Shown here piece by piece: positions 19,022-28,363 of a stretch of 63,319 bases of DNA. The translations under genes were made by a program, and so were the position numbers. The notes under the pieces are model-generated. The model was not told the origin of the DNA. It was given only the letters and a program-made list of their open reading frames with translations, and ran no database searches. How positions within the stretch are numbered: the stretch's first letter is position 1; each line of letters begins with the position of its first letter. Origin of the DNA: a virus (taxonomy: Duplodnaviria; Caudoviricetes); the IMG/VR virus record IMGVR_UViG_3300031232_000004, positions 1 through 63,319 of that record; one strand, given 5' to 3'.

Positions 19022-19235
19022 TCTTTTTAATGAGAAATCCACCAACCCACCATTCCTGATGACCCCCGGCCCCAATCCAGGCAGGGCCGTCCAGGCGGTG
19101 TAAAAGGCCGTCCTTAAACCATTGCTGACCCCCATCGGCCCAAATGCGGGCCGGGCCGGTTTCGTTATGAAGTTTTCCATTTCTATAACAAAAACGGTCT
19201 CCATTAGGGCTTACCCCCCACCCATTTTTAATCAT
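18999..19235 (-). CDS. HRxDGPA (MORN-variant) repeat protein, paralogue 1
   Basis: LHNETGPA, LHRLDGPA repeats; MIKNGW N-terminus shared with three paralogues. Confidence 0.75.
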   Translation of the reverse strand: MIKNGWGVSPNGDRFCYRNGKLHNETGPARIWADGGQQWFKDGLLHRLDGPAWIGAGGHQEWWVGGFLIKKIDPAPKT

Positions 19236-19750
19236 TTTCCAGTACTCCCAAATCCACCTTCACCACGCTCGGTATTGGAAAGTTCTTTAGCCTCTTCAAT
19301 AGGAAGTTGTTCGTATTTCTTAAAAATAAGCTGGGCAATCCGTTGACCTTCCCTTACCGTAGTCCAGGTCGGCCCGATATGGGTAAGTAATACCCCGATT
19401 TCCCCTCTATAATCGGAATCAATAGTTCCAGGTTGGTTAGCCACTACAAGACCCAGTTTAGCAACGTTGCCTGACCTTGAACAGACTTCGGCATAATACC
19501 CTTCCGGGATTTCAACAGCCAGTCCCGTCCCGATCTTTACGACCTCTTCCTTAGAAACCCGGACGGTCTCTTCCCCATCTCGGGGCATCAAAGCTACCAA
19601 ATCTACCCCAGCCGCCCCCGAGGTTTCATACTTGGGGAGCTTAGCCCTGGAATCTAGTTTTTTAAATTTGACCGATGGTAGGTTAGGGACGGTGGTCATC
19701 ATACTTGGGAAGATTTTTTCCATTTCAGACATAGCTTTATCCTTGTTCAC
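19232..19750 (-). CDS. dut: dUTPase (trimeric)
   Basis: AGVDL, SRSG, GTIDSDYRGEI, RIAQL, RGEGGFGSTG motifs. Confidence 0.95.
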   Translation of the reverse strand: MNKDKAMSEMEKIFPSMMTTVPNLPSVKFKKLDSRAKLPKYETSGAAGVDLVALMPRDGEETVRVSKEEVVKIGTGLAVEIPEGYYAEVCSRSGNVAKLGLVVANQPGTIDSDYRGEIGVLLTHIGPTWTTVREGQRIAQLIFKKYEQLPIEEAKELSNTERGEGGFGSTGK

Positions 19751-19760
19751 TTTAATCTCC

Positions 19761-20270
19761 TTAAAACATTACAATACTATTTTTCATAATATACCAAGCG
19801 GCAATACCAGCCCCACCCAGCACCCCTAATAAAAAGCTCATTCCAACTAATAGATATAGAACTTTATTAAACGGTTTAGTTACCAAATTGGCAACCTTTT
19901 TGTATGTCTCAGGATATCCAATAGGAAGTCCAGTGTTGGGAATAACCCCCACGGCACGATCATCCCACAAATCATGGAAAAATCCTTTGATGTTGGTTAC
20001 GGGAAGAGTTTGACCCAGATATAATTGACACCACGCCTCGATAGCCTCTTTGGCTCCAGTATGATCGAATCCAAGGTTAAGACCGGGGGCCGATCCTGAT
20101 TCAGTAATTCTTGACGTGAACACGACTACTTGATCTCCGTCCTTAAGCCATTGTTGAACCCTTTTCAACATTTCGGGGACGGGCTTGCCCAGGTTGGTGG
20201 GACCTTTCCAGGTATCGTAAAAGGCCAAGGTATTATCAAAGTCTACGTAATGAACTTTCTGTTCAGTCAT
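19761..20270 (-). CDS. HAD-family phosphatase-like protein with C-terminal membrane anchor
   Basis: VDFDNTLA, VFTSR, K, LWDDRA motifs; hydrophobic C-terminal helix. Confidence 0.65.
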   Translation of the reverse strand: MTEQKVHYVDFDNTLAFYDTWKGPTNLGKPVPEMLKRVQQWLKDGDQVVVFTSRITESGSAPGLNLGFDHTGAKEAIEAWCQLYLGQTLPVTNIKGFFHDLWDDRAVGVIPNTGLPIGYPETYKKVANLVTKPFNKVLYLLVGMSFLLGVLGGAGIAAWYIMKNSIVMF

Positions 20271-20465
20271 CTATTTCCTTATTATGAAAAAGACCGATAA
20301 GACTACAGGAGCCGCCACAACACAAGCAAGAGATAATACAATAGCAAAAACAGTATCGTACCACCGTGGCTTACACATTGACGAAGCTATGATATAGTTG
20401 TCAATACATTCAAAAGCCATATATACACTACACATACACCAAATAAAATATAGAATAAAAAGCAT
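20271..20465 (-). CDS. Small membrane protein (2 TM)
   Basis: Two hydrophobic segments in 64 aa. Confidence 0.55.
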   Translation of the reverse strand: MLFILYFIWCMCSVYMAFECIDNYIIASSMCKPRWYDTVFAIVLSLACVVAAPVVLSVFFIIRK

Positions 20466-20486
20466 TGTTTACACCTTTTTAGTAAT

Positions 20487-21110
20487 TTAGTAGTTAAAGC
20501 CGCCCTTGATCCCAATTTCTAGCTTGCTATTAGCCCACGCCCCGACATCGATGCCCCCATAGCTTTTTAGGACTTCCCCCTGGATAATAAGGCCGTAGGG
20601 AAGGGGGTTATAACCTTGTCCGCCCCACAAGGCCGGGAAGGAATATCCAACACCCAAATTTAGGTGGAGTTTATTCCTATCTACTAGCTTTGTTACTTCT
20701 TTTTCTACCACCACGGAAGTTTCCTTCCATAGTTTAATTTCATTTTTAGCGATTACATCTTCTTGGGTTTTTGTAGATGTATTTTTAGACACTTCGGTGC
20801 TGGAACTTTCGATTTCTTTTTCCACCTTTTTGCCATCAGGGTAGGTGATAATTACCCGGCTACGGTTCTTATCGACACGCTTGTTTAGCTCTTCAAGTTT
20901 GTCCATAAGGGACTTAATATCAACCGTAGAATTTTGGACCACCGACTCTTTTTGGATCTCCACCCGTTTTTCTTTTTCAACGATCTGGATCTCAGGCTTA
21001 ACAGTATAACGCCCCAGAGCAAAAAGCCCTATCCCTAAAAATCCTACTAAAAACCATTTAATATAAGGCTTGAATTTCGTGATATTCCCAAACATACTAC
21101 TTAGTTGCAT
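20487..21110 (-). CDS. Membrane-anchored protein with coiled coil and beta-rich C-terminus (possibly spanin-like)
   Basis: N-terminal TM helix, K/E-rich periplasm-like region, C-terminal amphipathic beta strands ending GGFNY. Confidence 0.5.
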   Translation of the reverse strand: MQLSSMFGNITKFKPYIKWFLVGFLGIGLFALGRYTVKPEIQIVEKEKRVEIQKESVVQNSTVDIKSLMDKLEELNKRVDKNRSRVIITYPDGKKVEKEIESSSTEVSKNTSTKTQEDVIAKNEIKLWKETSVVVEKEVTKLVDRNKLHLNLGVGYSFPALWGGQGYNPLPYGLIIQGEVLKSYGGIDVGAWANSKLEIGIKGGFNY

Positions 21111-21717
21111 TCTTTGTCCTTTTCTTAGCTGTTTTGTCTTTAGGAGTAACTATTCCATCAATAAGACCATATCCGCAAGCAATATCTGCTCCAAAATATG
21201 AAACATTAGTACATAGCTTAGCCAGTTGATCTTTTGTTATATTACTTTTTTCATGGACGGCTTTATAATATAGATCAGTTAACGTGCCGCTCTCTTTAGC
21301 TGATTCTTGAAATTCACTAAGGCTAGTATCCCCCGACCCATGAGACCCATTATGTAACATGAAACGGCAATTCTCACTAGACAGTCTTGAATCACATGCC
21401 TGGAGGATAAGTACCGCTATAGACATACACTGTCCATAACATATCCCGATGATCTTATTGGGGGACATGCGGAGGGCATCATAGATGGTCCACCCAGAAT
21501 ATTCATCCCCGCCTCCAGAACTGATATATAGATAAATATCACCCTTCGAAGAATTTAAAATATGCAAAAGACTTACCAGTTCGGAAGCACAATCCGGATT
21601 GATTTCTCCAAATAGATAAATGGCCCTTAAGTTAGGATTCGATCCTACTCCTACCTGGGTAGGGCAGTCTTCTTTACAAGAACTATTCCGGGGTCTTTTT
21701 GATATGCTGTGAAACAT
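21097..21717 (-). CDS. clpP: ClpP-family protease
   Basis: IYLFGEI, IYLYISSGGG, IYD, CMSIA (Ser), FMLHN (His) motifs. Confidence 0.85.
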   Translation of the reverse strand: MFHSISKRPRNSSCKEDCPTQVGVGSNPNLRAIYLFGEINPDCASELVSLLHILNSSKGDIYLYISSGGGDEYSGWTIYDALRMSPNKIIGICYGQCMSIAVLILQACDSRLSSENCRFMLHNGSHGSGDTSLSEFQESAKESGTLTDLYYKAVHEKSNITKDQLAKLCTNVSYFGADIACGYGLIDGIVTPKDKTAKKRTKNATK

Positions 21718-23196
21718 CTATCCTCCTATAATATCATGCCCACCAACCAAACGCTTCTGTTTATTTACCCAATATGGTAGAAAGTTTTCAGAATATGGCT
21801 TCCACTTATTATCGTTGTCGCATAGATACCCGACATCATAACAAGACCTGTAGCAGTTATTATAGTTGTCAAAAATACCCAAACCAACGGCCTTTAGAGT
21901 TTCCCCGTCTATACGGTTTTTAAGAAGGCGGATAAAAGTAGGGTTACCATTAGCCCTTTGATCGGCCGAGACATATCCCGGCGCGTGAGCTAACATAATA
22001 GAAGTATTGACGATTTTAGTTAGATTGGACGATCCATGGTAAGAATCCAGGTCTGGGACCAGGCCGTTTAGTTTAGCCCCTTTCCTTAGATGGGCAACAT
22101 TTATGATAGGGATTTTGATAGTCTGGATTACATCCCGTAAAGCCTTAATTAGACGAAGCATTTCCCCATTTTCATTAGTAGTATCGACATCTACATAGTG
22201 AATATGGTCTAGGACGATCAGCTTTGCTTCTTTTCTAATCCCCATCAGTTCCCGTTCAAGCTCCTTAATACCGAAATCACGTTCTTTACGGTAGAAGATA
22301 TGTAGGTGTTTGTATTCCTTTTTAAATTCCTCTATGCATTTGTCTTCATAGGGAGATAGTTCTTTGTCCAGTTCATTCTTATACCAGCGTCGATACGAGA
22401 TAAATCCACGAGGGGGGTTGGGGTGGTCTTTTTTATATTCATTGGCAAGTTTACCATAAAGGATCCGACGTTCAATCTCTTTTGGATCAGCTTCTAAGGC
22501 GATATAAAACACTTCCTTTTCAGAGTCCCTGGCCGCATTCCCCGCCACAATCCTGGCGAACTCCGTTTTCCCGGCCCCTGTTCCCCCGCCTATTAGGATA
22601 ATATCGCTTGGAAGGATATTTCCCAACGCATCCTGTAAAAAGTCTATACCCCATGGGATGGAATTTGCCAAGGACTGGAGGCGGTCGGTCTTTTCCCCGT
22701 CGATCTGGTCAGCCGAACAAACAAATTTATCAGGTTCATTCCCTACCAGAACCTCTACCCGCTGGATGCTTTTATTAGCAGCATCCCATACGGAGGTAGC
22801 TTCAGTTATTTTACCTCTCTGGTATAGGTCGGCTACCTTGGTAAGGTTGGAATTTAAAACATAGGCCTTAGCCCACTCCTGAAGCTGGGATTGTAGGATG
22901 TCCCAGTCGTGTGACTTCTTTTCTGCGGCACAAGCATCTAAAACCCTAGTACAAGCTTCTTTATTTAAATCGTCCTGGACAAAATCTAGGATTTCGTTCT
23001 TAGCCTTAGGATAACGACCGTATTTATCTTTAAAGGAATGGATTATACGCCAGAATTCACCTAGAGAATTAGAAGAAAACCAATCCTTATTGATCCCAAA
23101 GTTGCTAAGTAGATCGAACTTAGAGTGATCTCCTAGGCAATATGCCAGGATAGCTGATTGTTGTTGCTCGGAAAAAGCTAATAGGGTAGACGACAC
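21718..23196 (-). CDS. dnaB: Replicative DNA helicase (DnaB family)
   Basis: GGTGAGKT Walker A, YIALE, IVLDHIH, VAHLRK, GSS, KNR motifs. Confidence 0.88.
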   Translation of the reverse strand: MSSTLLAFSEQQQSAILAYCLGDHSKFDLLSNFGINKDWFSSNSLGEFWRIIHSFKDKYGRYPKAKNEILDFVQDDLNKEACTRVLDACAAEKKSHDWDILQSQLQEWAKAYVLNSNLTKVADLYQRGKITEATSVWDAANKSIQRVEVLVGNEPDKFVCSADQIDGEKTDRLQSLANSIPWGIDFLQDALGNILPSDIILIGGGTGAGKTEFARIVAGNAARDSEKEVFYIALEADPKEIERRILYGKLANEYKKDHPNPPRGFISYRRWYKNELDKELSPYEDKCIEEFKKEYKHLHIFYRKERDFGIKELERELMGIRKEAKLIVLDHIHYVDVDTTNENGEMLRLIKALRDVIQTIKIPIINVAHLRKGAKLNGLVPDLDSYHGSSNLTKIVNTSIMLAHAPGYVSADQRANGNPTFIRLLKNRIDGETLKAVGLGIFDNYNNCYRSCYDVGYLCDNDNKWKPYSENFLPYWVNKQKRLVGGHDIIGG

Positions 23197-23218
23197 ACTA
23201 GTCCTTTAATCGACAAAC

Positions 23219-23247
23219 ATTATACTCTACATTACACCTGGAGTCAA
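23219..23247 (-). promoter_or_regulatory. Sigma70-type promoter for the helicase operon
   Basis: Minus strand TTGACT-N17-TATAAT. Confidence 0.7.
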
Positions 23248-24260
23248 GCTCCAAACAGAGATGGAACATAGATGTAGGGGCGGTGGGGATGGTATAGTTG
23301 GGCGTTATCTATATATGTTTTAGCCTCTTGAAATGAACACTCCCCTAGATCTTTCTTGTTTCTGGGTAGTTCTACTACAAAGTGTTTTATGTTAAAAGGA
23401 ACTTTTTTTATAATGTTTTTAATCCGTCCTAGGGCGTCAGGGTCTATGGCCCAGACTAAAGATTCTACCCCGAAAGATAATATAAAGTCAATTTGTTTTT
23501 GGGTTATATCTTTCCCTAGGGTGGCTATATTGCCTTGAACCAGATGGGCCTTAAGAGCGTCTATAGGGCCTTCACACACCACCCCCCTCCTTACCCCTTG
23601 GAGCCTATTAGAAAACGCCACCAGGTCTTCCCTGGGGCAGTCCGCGCTAGACCAGGCCTTGGGGGAACGCTTAGGCCATCCTTGTGTAAACTTTACGGTA
23701 GGGGTACCAGCTACTCGATGCTGCCATCCATATAGCTTCCCCCCTACCTCTATCGGGAATATGATGGTATTACTATAGGGACTATATCTAATACCGTACT
23801 GAGCAGCAATGTCTTTAGGGACGCCACGGGATTCAAGGTACTCAACCCCGGGTTTAGCATTGGGATGATCTAGCTGGAGATAGTTGTAGGAGAACTGTAC
23901 CACCTTATATTCTTTTGGGGTGGGGATAACTACGGGGGTTTCTTCTATATCGGTCCCGAATAGAGGGGTTGTATTTATATCTATCCTTTGGGTGAGGGGG
24001 CCTAGGTTCTCTTCTAAAAGTTCCTTGGCGATGGTTTCTTCCTTAACCCCCGACAAAGCGGCCAAGGCCTTGGGGGCCAGTCCGCTGAACTTGTTCGTAT
24101 CTACACACCTAAAACACTTAAACTTCCCATCACTCTTACGAATATATAACTTGTCTTCGCCTCCACATAAAGGACAGTCAAAAACAAAGGACTTAGAGTT
24201 TTCTTTTTGGTATACCCCTAAGTCCTTTATATATTGCCCTAGTCTAGGGTTCTCGATCAT
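23244..24260 (-). CDS. DNA primase (Zn-finger + TOPRIM)
   Basis: CPLC...CFRC, YLESRG, CEGPIDAL, DPD motifs; adjacent to the helicase. Confidence 0.88.
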   Translation of the reverse strand: MIENPRLGQYIKDLGVYQKENSKSFVFDCPLCGGEDKLYIRKSDGKFKCFRCVDTNKFSGLAPKALAALSGVKEETIAKELLEENLGPLTQRIDINTTPLFGTDIEETPVVIPTPKEYKVVQFSYNYLQLDHPNAKPGVEYLESRGVPKDIAAQYGIRYSPYSNTIIFPIEVGGKLYGWQHRVAGTPTVKFTQGWPKRSPKAWSSADCPREDLVAFSNRLQGVRRGVVCEGPIDALKAHLVQGNIATLGKDITQKQIDFILSFGVESLVWAIDPDALGRIKNIIKKVPFNIKHFVVELPRNKKDLGECSFQEAKTYIDNAQLYHPHRPYIYVPSLFGA

Positions 24261-25366
24261 TCTTCTTCTACAACAGGCCGTAAAGGGCTATCCACCTTAT
24301 GTCCGATAGACTCTTCCCTAGCCATTACACCTTGGATAACCATACTACAGAGATCGGGCCGGGCTGCTAGTGCATCTAAACAAGCGGCTTTACCATTGAA
24401 AGAATTGTCGCCAATCTTATACTGGTTCGCTTCTCGAAGAATAACCTCCCAATTATAACCAATTTGGAAGACTTCTTCATGTGTATTTACAATACCAAGT
24501 CTCTTATCGAATGTAAAAGACGCGGCCCGGTTTTCTGGCCCCATAGTATTACCAGACATCCACACTTTAATATGGTGGGCCAAGGTTTCACCATCGTCAG
24601 AGAGATCCTTCCTAGTCTCGTCCAACAGAGATCTACCAAGAAGGTCTTTTTTAGAGTCCTTAGTTTGATCTCGTTCAACGTTTACGATGAATTCACAGTT
24701 ATGAAAAACAGCATTACAAGCCTTGGGCTTTTTCTTATTCCCACGCATCTGCTCGATTCGATCAAATTCATCCTTTGCGTGAGTGATATAGATAACCCCA
24801 ATACGATTAGTTCTAATCATATTTTTAATTTTTTTAAAACCGACTTCCATCGTAACGGCCCAGTCCCCCATCTGGTGACCGTCCACGCTCTCTTGAACAG
24901 CTTCCCGACGCCCCATAATGTCGGCAATTGAATCCACTATGATTAAACAAACCTTACACCCCTCTTGAATAATAGCTGCAATTTCTTTTGTAATTACATC
25001 AAAAATTCCACTCGCAAGGTTAGTCCGAATGACATGGAACCTCTTTAGATCGATCCCATACTGTTTGGCCGATTCTTCATTTAATTGTCCTTCATCCCTC
25101 ATCTCGGTATCGAACTTAATAACATGGGCTTCAGGATCCGCTTGCATTAACTGACCTGCATAGTCATACGATAGGATAGATTTTCCAGACTTCTTTTCCC
25201 CCCACAACAACATACTATAACCACGTGGGAAGCCGTGGGTACGACCAAAGATAAAATTAAGGCCCGGAGATTTGCTTCGAAGGAGGTTGGAGGGTTGCCA
25301 TGGATCGAACCGTTCAGTTACATACCCACCAATCTTACGAAACATTTTTGCATAATCATTTCCCAT
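24257..25366 (-). CDS. uvsX: RecA/UvsX-like recombinase
   Basis: GEKKSGKS Walker A, FDTE, IIVDSI Walker B. Confidence 0.85.
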   Translation of the reverse strand: MGNDYAKMFRKIGGYVTERFDPWQPSNLLRSKSPGLNFIFGRTHGFPRGYSMLLWGEKKSGKSILSYDYAGQLMQADPEAHVIKFDTEMRDEGQLNEESAKQYGIDLKRFHVIRTNLASGIFDVITKEIAAIIQEGCKVCLIIVDSIADIMGRREAVQESVDGHQMGDWAVTMEVGFKKIKNMIRTNRIGVIYITHAKDEFDRIEQMRGNKKKPKACNAVFHNCEFIVNVERDQTKDSKKDLLGRSLLDETRKDLSDDGETLAHHIKVWMSGNTMGPENRAASFTFDKRLGIVNTHEEVFQIGYNWEVILREANQYKIGDNSFNGKAACLDALAARPDLCSMVIQGVMAREESIGHKVDSPLRPVVEEE

Positions 25367-25367
25367 A

Positions 25368-25637
25368 TTATAGAACCTTCTTGGAGAGTCTAAGGGACGA
25401 GGTAAATTCCACTGGATTCTTAACTACTACTTCGGCTACAACGTACTTATTAATATCGTCTACCTCTGATTCCCCTAGGAACAGCTTCATAGCTTCAATA
25501 TCGTCTACAGCAAAAAGAAATACAACGTTTTGGCTTTGCATATTAAGTTTAACAGTAGTTGATGGGCAAGGGGGTTCTAGTTCACATTCGTCAAAGTGTT
25601 CTTTATATAGGATGGCGTATAGTTTTTCTTTTTTCAT
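25368..25637 (-). CDS. Hypothetical protein
   Basis: Fills the gap between coupled minus-strand genes. Confidence 0.55.
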   Translation of the reverse strand: MKKEKLYAILYKEHFDECELEPPCPSTTVKLNMQSQNVVFLFAVDDIEAMKLFLGESEVDDINKYVVAEVVVKNPVEFTSSLRLSKKVL

Positions 25638-25639
25638 TT

Positions 25640-26239
25640 TTATTCATATTCTTTCGGAAGTTTATATTCTGTCGGTATGTCTTTGCTATTTGGCCCTTGG
25701 AATGGTTGAGGCCTGTTTGCATCCCCATAATGGGGGGAAGCTATCCAGTTGGATGATACTAACTTACGTACAGCGGAATGTTGATCTCTAAAAGCGTTGG
25801 TCTTACCCCTGATTAGGTCCAAGGCCGCATCTATTTTATCAAGGCGATCTTTAGTGTCTATGACTTCTGGGTCAACCTCTACTAAAGCTTTTCTTAAATC
25901 GGCCGACCCTTTAGAGTGTCCCATCTCTAATAGCTTGGCATCATTACAGTCTAATATTGCCCTAGACCTAGCCCTTTCGTGTTCGTTTTTAGCCTTAGCT
26001 TTTTCAAAGGACAATTGGGTAGCTATTTTATTTAAATCTAACCACCCCCGATTCAAGGCCGATAATAGTTCTGGGGCAGAACTAGGATTAACAAAGGATA
26101 CATCAGCCAACCTGGATTCATGCCTAGCTATCTGACTCAGGTTGACTGATGTAAATCCCGTGCCGTCGCCCTTTGGGATCCTCACTAAATGATCCTGAGT
26201 AATGGGATCTTGTTCCACTACTAATTCTTGGGACGACAT
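25640..26239 (-). CDS. UvsY-like recombination mediator (helical)
   Basis: Helical/coiled-coil with LRKALVEVDPEV motif; between the SSB and recombinase genes. Confidence 0.5.
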   Translation of the reverse strand: MSSQELVVEQDPITQDHLVRIPKGDGTGFTSVNLSQIARHESRLADVSFVNPSSAPELLSALNRGWLDLNKIATQLSFEKAKAKNEHERARSRAILDCNDAKLLEMGHSKGSADLRKALVEVDPEVIDTKDRLDKIDAALDLIRGKTNAFRDQHSAVRKLVSSNWIASPHYGDANRPQPFQGPNSKDIPTEYKLPKEYE

Positions 26240-26248
26240 ATTCCTCCT

Positions 26249-27391
26249 TTATGCGAAGATAGAATCAATATCGTCGTCAGTGGCGGGAGTTTCTACAACT
26301 GGCGCAGGAGCGGGGGCTTGCTTCGTCTCGGCCTTAGGCGCTGGGGTAGGAGCGGGGGCGGGGGCTGGCTTGGATTCAACCTTAGCCTCAACCTTAGTCT
26401 CTGGCGTAGGGGCTGGCTTGGCCGGTTCATCTGCTCCGAATGGATCGTCTGGTTCAGGAGCCAAATCGTTCTTAGGTTTAGCTGGGCGCAATAGCTTATC
26501 CACTTCAACCGGATCAGCTACACCATTCCCGGCTCGGTCTAGGGCAACAAGCTTTTCCAACACCTCGTCAGAATACACTTGCTTGTTCTTAATACTAGCC
26601 AGAGTACCGAAGACAGTTTCAATTTCCTTCAAGCCAGCATCGGTAAGGGTATTAAATTGGGGTTGAAAATCTGGACCTAGGAACAATTCGGCGTGATCCT
26701 TGGTCTCACGGCCAAAACCAACCCGCCAAGCCTTGATATAAGGTGCTTTACGGCCAGCCAATTGGATAGGGATAGTAGTGCCGGGATAGTTCTTCTTAGC
26801 CGTTTCACGGAATAGATCGGTTTCAGCGCGCTGGTTCCAAATAGCCTTATATAGATTTGCTCCGATTTGGAACAACCCATACTTACCATCCAGAGTTTTG
26901 ACCCGAAGATAAGCCTTGTTGTTACAATTATGATCGTCTAGCCAACCAAGCTTATCCTTACGCTTTTCCTTGATCTTCTCCTTAGCCTCGTTGATCTTAT
27001 TCTTGTCTGTGATGCCCTTTTCCCGAGCCTTGGCATACATCGCGTCTAGCTCCTTCTTTTCAGCCTCGATATCAGGAGCTAGTTCCTTCTTCTTTTCGTT
27101 CATGTAACGGCAGATTGGGCATTCCTTAACCATCTTACCATAGGACCAGACAGAGTTACAGACGATGGGCCGATGGGCAGGCTTGTCGTTCTTGCTAACA
27201 CCCTTCCATCCAAAGTGGGTAGCCCAATACGCTCCAGGCTCGGGACCAGTACCAGGGGAGTTAGGTAGGATACAGACGATATTTTCTACACCTGGTTTTT
27301 GCTTGATAAAGGAGTATTTTTCTCCAGTGCCAGAGTCATTATTTTGATATTCAGCGGGGAGTTCGTATTCATTGAAAATTTCTTGAGTCAT
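26249..27391 (-). CDS. Single-stranded DNA-binding protein (T4 gp32-like)
   Basis: HFGW...C...CPIC Zn motif, Pro/Ala linker, acidic tail DDDIDSIFA. Confidence 0.75.
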   Translation of the reverse strand: MTQEIFNEYELPAEYQNNDSGTGEKYSFIKQKPGVENIVCILPNSPGTGPEPGAYWATHFGWKGVSKNDKPAHRPIVCNSVWSYGKMVKECPICRYMNEKKKELAPDIEAEKKELDAMYAKAREKGITDKNKINEAKEKIKEKRKDKLGWLDDHNCNNKAYLRVKTLDGKYGLFQIGANLYKAIWNQRAETDLFRETAKKNYPGTTIPIQLAGRKAPYIKAWRVGFGRETKDHAELFLGPDFQPQFNTLTDAGLKEIETVFGTLASIKNKQVYSDEVLEKLVALDRAGNGVADPVEVDKLLRPAKPKNDLAPEPDDPFGADEPAKPAPTPETKVEAKVESKPAPAPAPTPAPKAETKQAPAPAPVVETPATDDDIDSIFA

Positions 27392-27571
27392 GTGTTTTAC
27401 CTTTGTTTGTTTGTAGTGTTTTGTGTTTTTTGGGTTTTTGTAATGGTTTTAAAAGTTGTTATAAAAGTGTTTTATAAAAAGCCTCCTCGCTATTAAGATA
27501 TCAAAAAGCTAAGGCCGTTAGTAACGACCTCGATACTCTTTCTACACATGGTAGACGAGCTAGACAAAAGA
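27392..27571 (-). promoter_or_regulatory. Putative SSB 5' leader: hairpins followed by a long G-poor A/C tract
   Basis: Hairpins TCTAC/GTAGA and GAGGTCGTT/AACGGCCTT, then about 80 nt almost without G up to the RBS. Confidence 0.5.
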
Positions 27572-28363
27572 TTAGGTCCCCTTCCTAAAAAGGGCCACGA
27601 TATTCCCCTGGGTAGGTTCCCAGTTTGAAGGAAACTTATAGTTGATAGAATCGCTAAACAAGGGCCGGAGTTCGGCACAATCCTGTAAAGTTGAATTCAA
27701 GACGATTACCGGCAAGGTCTTCCCATAGAGCCCTCGATCCAGGACGTTCTTCAGGACGGCCTTACGGATATACTTATAATTAAAGCTTTCCCCGGTCGTG
27801 AAGATAGATCCCCGAATATGATCTACTAGATCATTAAAGGTAGGACACAAAACATCCTTCATTATAGGGGCCTTAGGATTACTAATCAGTTCCAATTCAT
27901 TACCAAGATGCCGAAGCTCGGTAACAAGCATGGCATATTGCTGGGTTCCAAACTCTCGCTGTACACCAAAGCTTGGCTCGATGTTCTTTGCAATGTCCGA
28001 GTACATCTTTCGAGCGTCGATAACGATCCCCCCACTCTTTTCAACATACAAGGCGGTACTAGCTACGGCCTGGCCATCTCCACCCGCAAAGATACCCTTC
28101 AAACGTGTCGGAATAGTGGCATGTTCTAGCTCTTTAACCAGAAGTTCAAGCTCTTCCTTGGCTGAAGCTATACGGACCTCCCAACCGGGCCGCATACGTG
28201 CATCAATAGATTCAATAGAAGTATTTGCGATCTTATCAGTAGTGTTGATACGATCAAATAGTTCCTTCATAGGGTTCACTGGTTCTGCTTCAGTGGCCCC
28301 AATCGCTTCTTGTGTAGTAACTACTTCTGGAGTAACATCTTCGTCAGTGCTTTTTCGTTTCAT
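27572..28363 (-). CDS. Hypothetical protein (possible degenerate P-loop/kinase-like fold)
   Basis: 263-aa ORF coupled to dnaE-C; no intact motif recognised. Confidence 0.55.
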   Translation of the reverse strand: MKRKSTDEDVTPEVVTTQEAIGATEAEPVNPMKELFDRINTTDKIANTSIESIDARMRPGWEVRIASAKEELELLVKELEHATIPTRLKGIFAGGDGQAVASTALYVEKSGGIVIDARKMYSDIAKNIEPSFGVQREFGTQQYAMLVTELRHLGNELELISNPKAPIMKDVLCPTFNDLVDHIRGSIFTTGESFNYKYIRKAVLKNVLDRGLYGKTLPVIVLNSTLQDCAELRPLFSDSINYKFPSNWEPTQGNIVALFRKGT

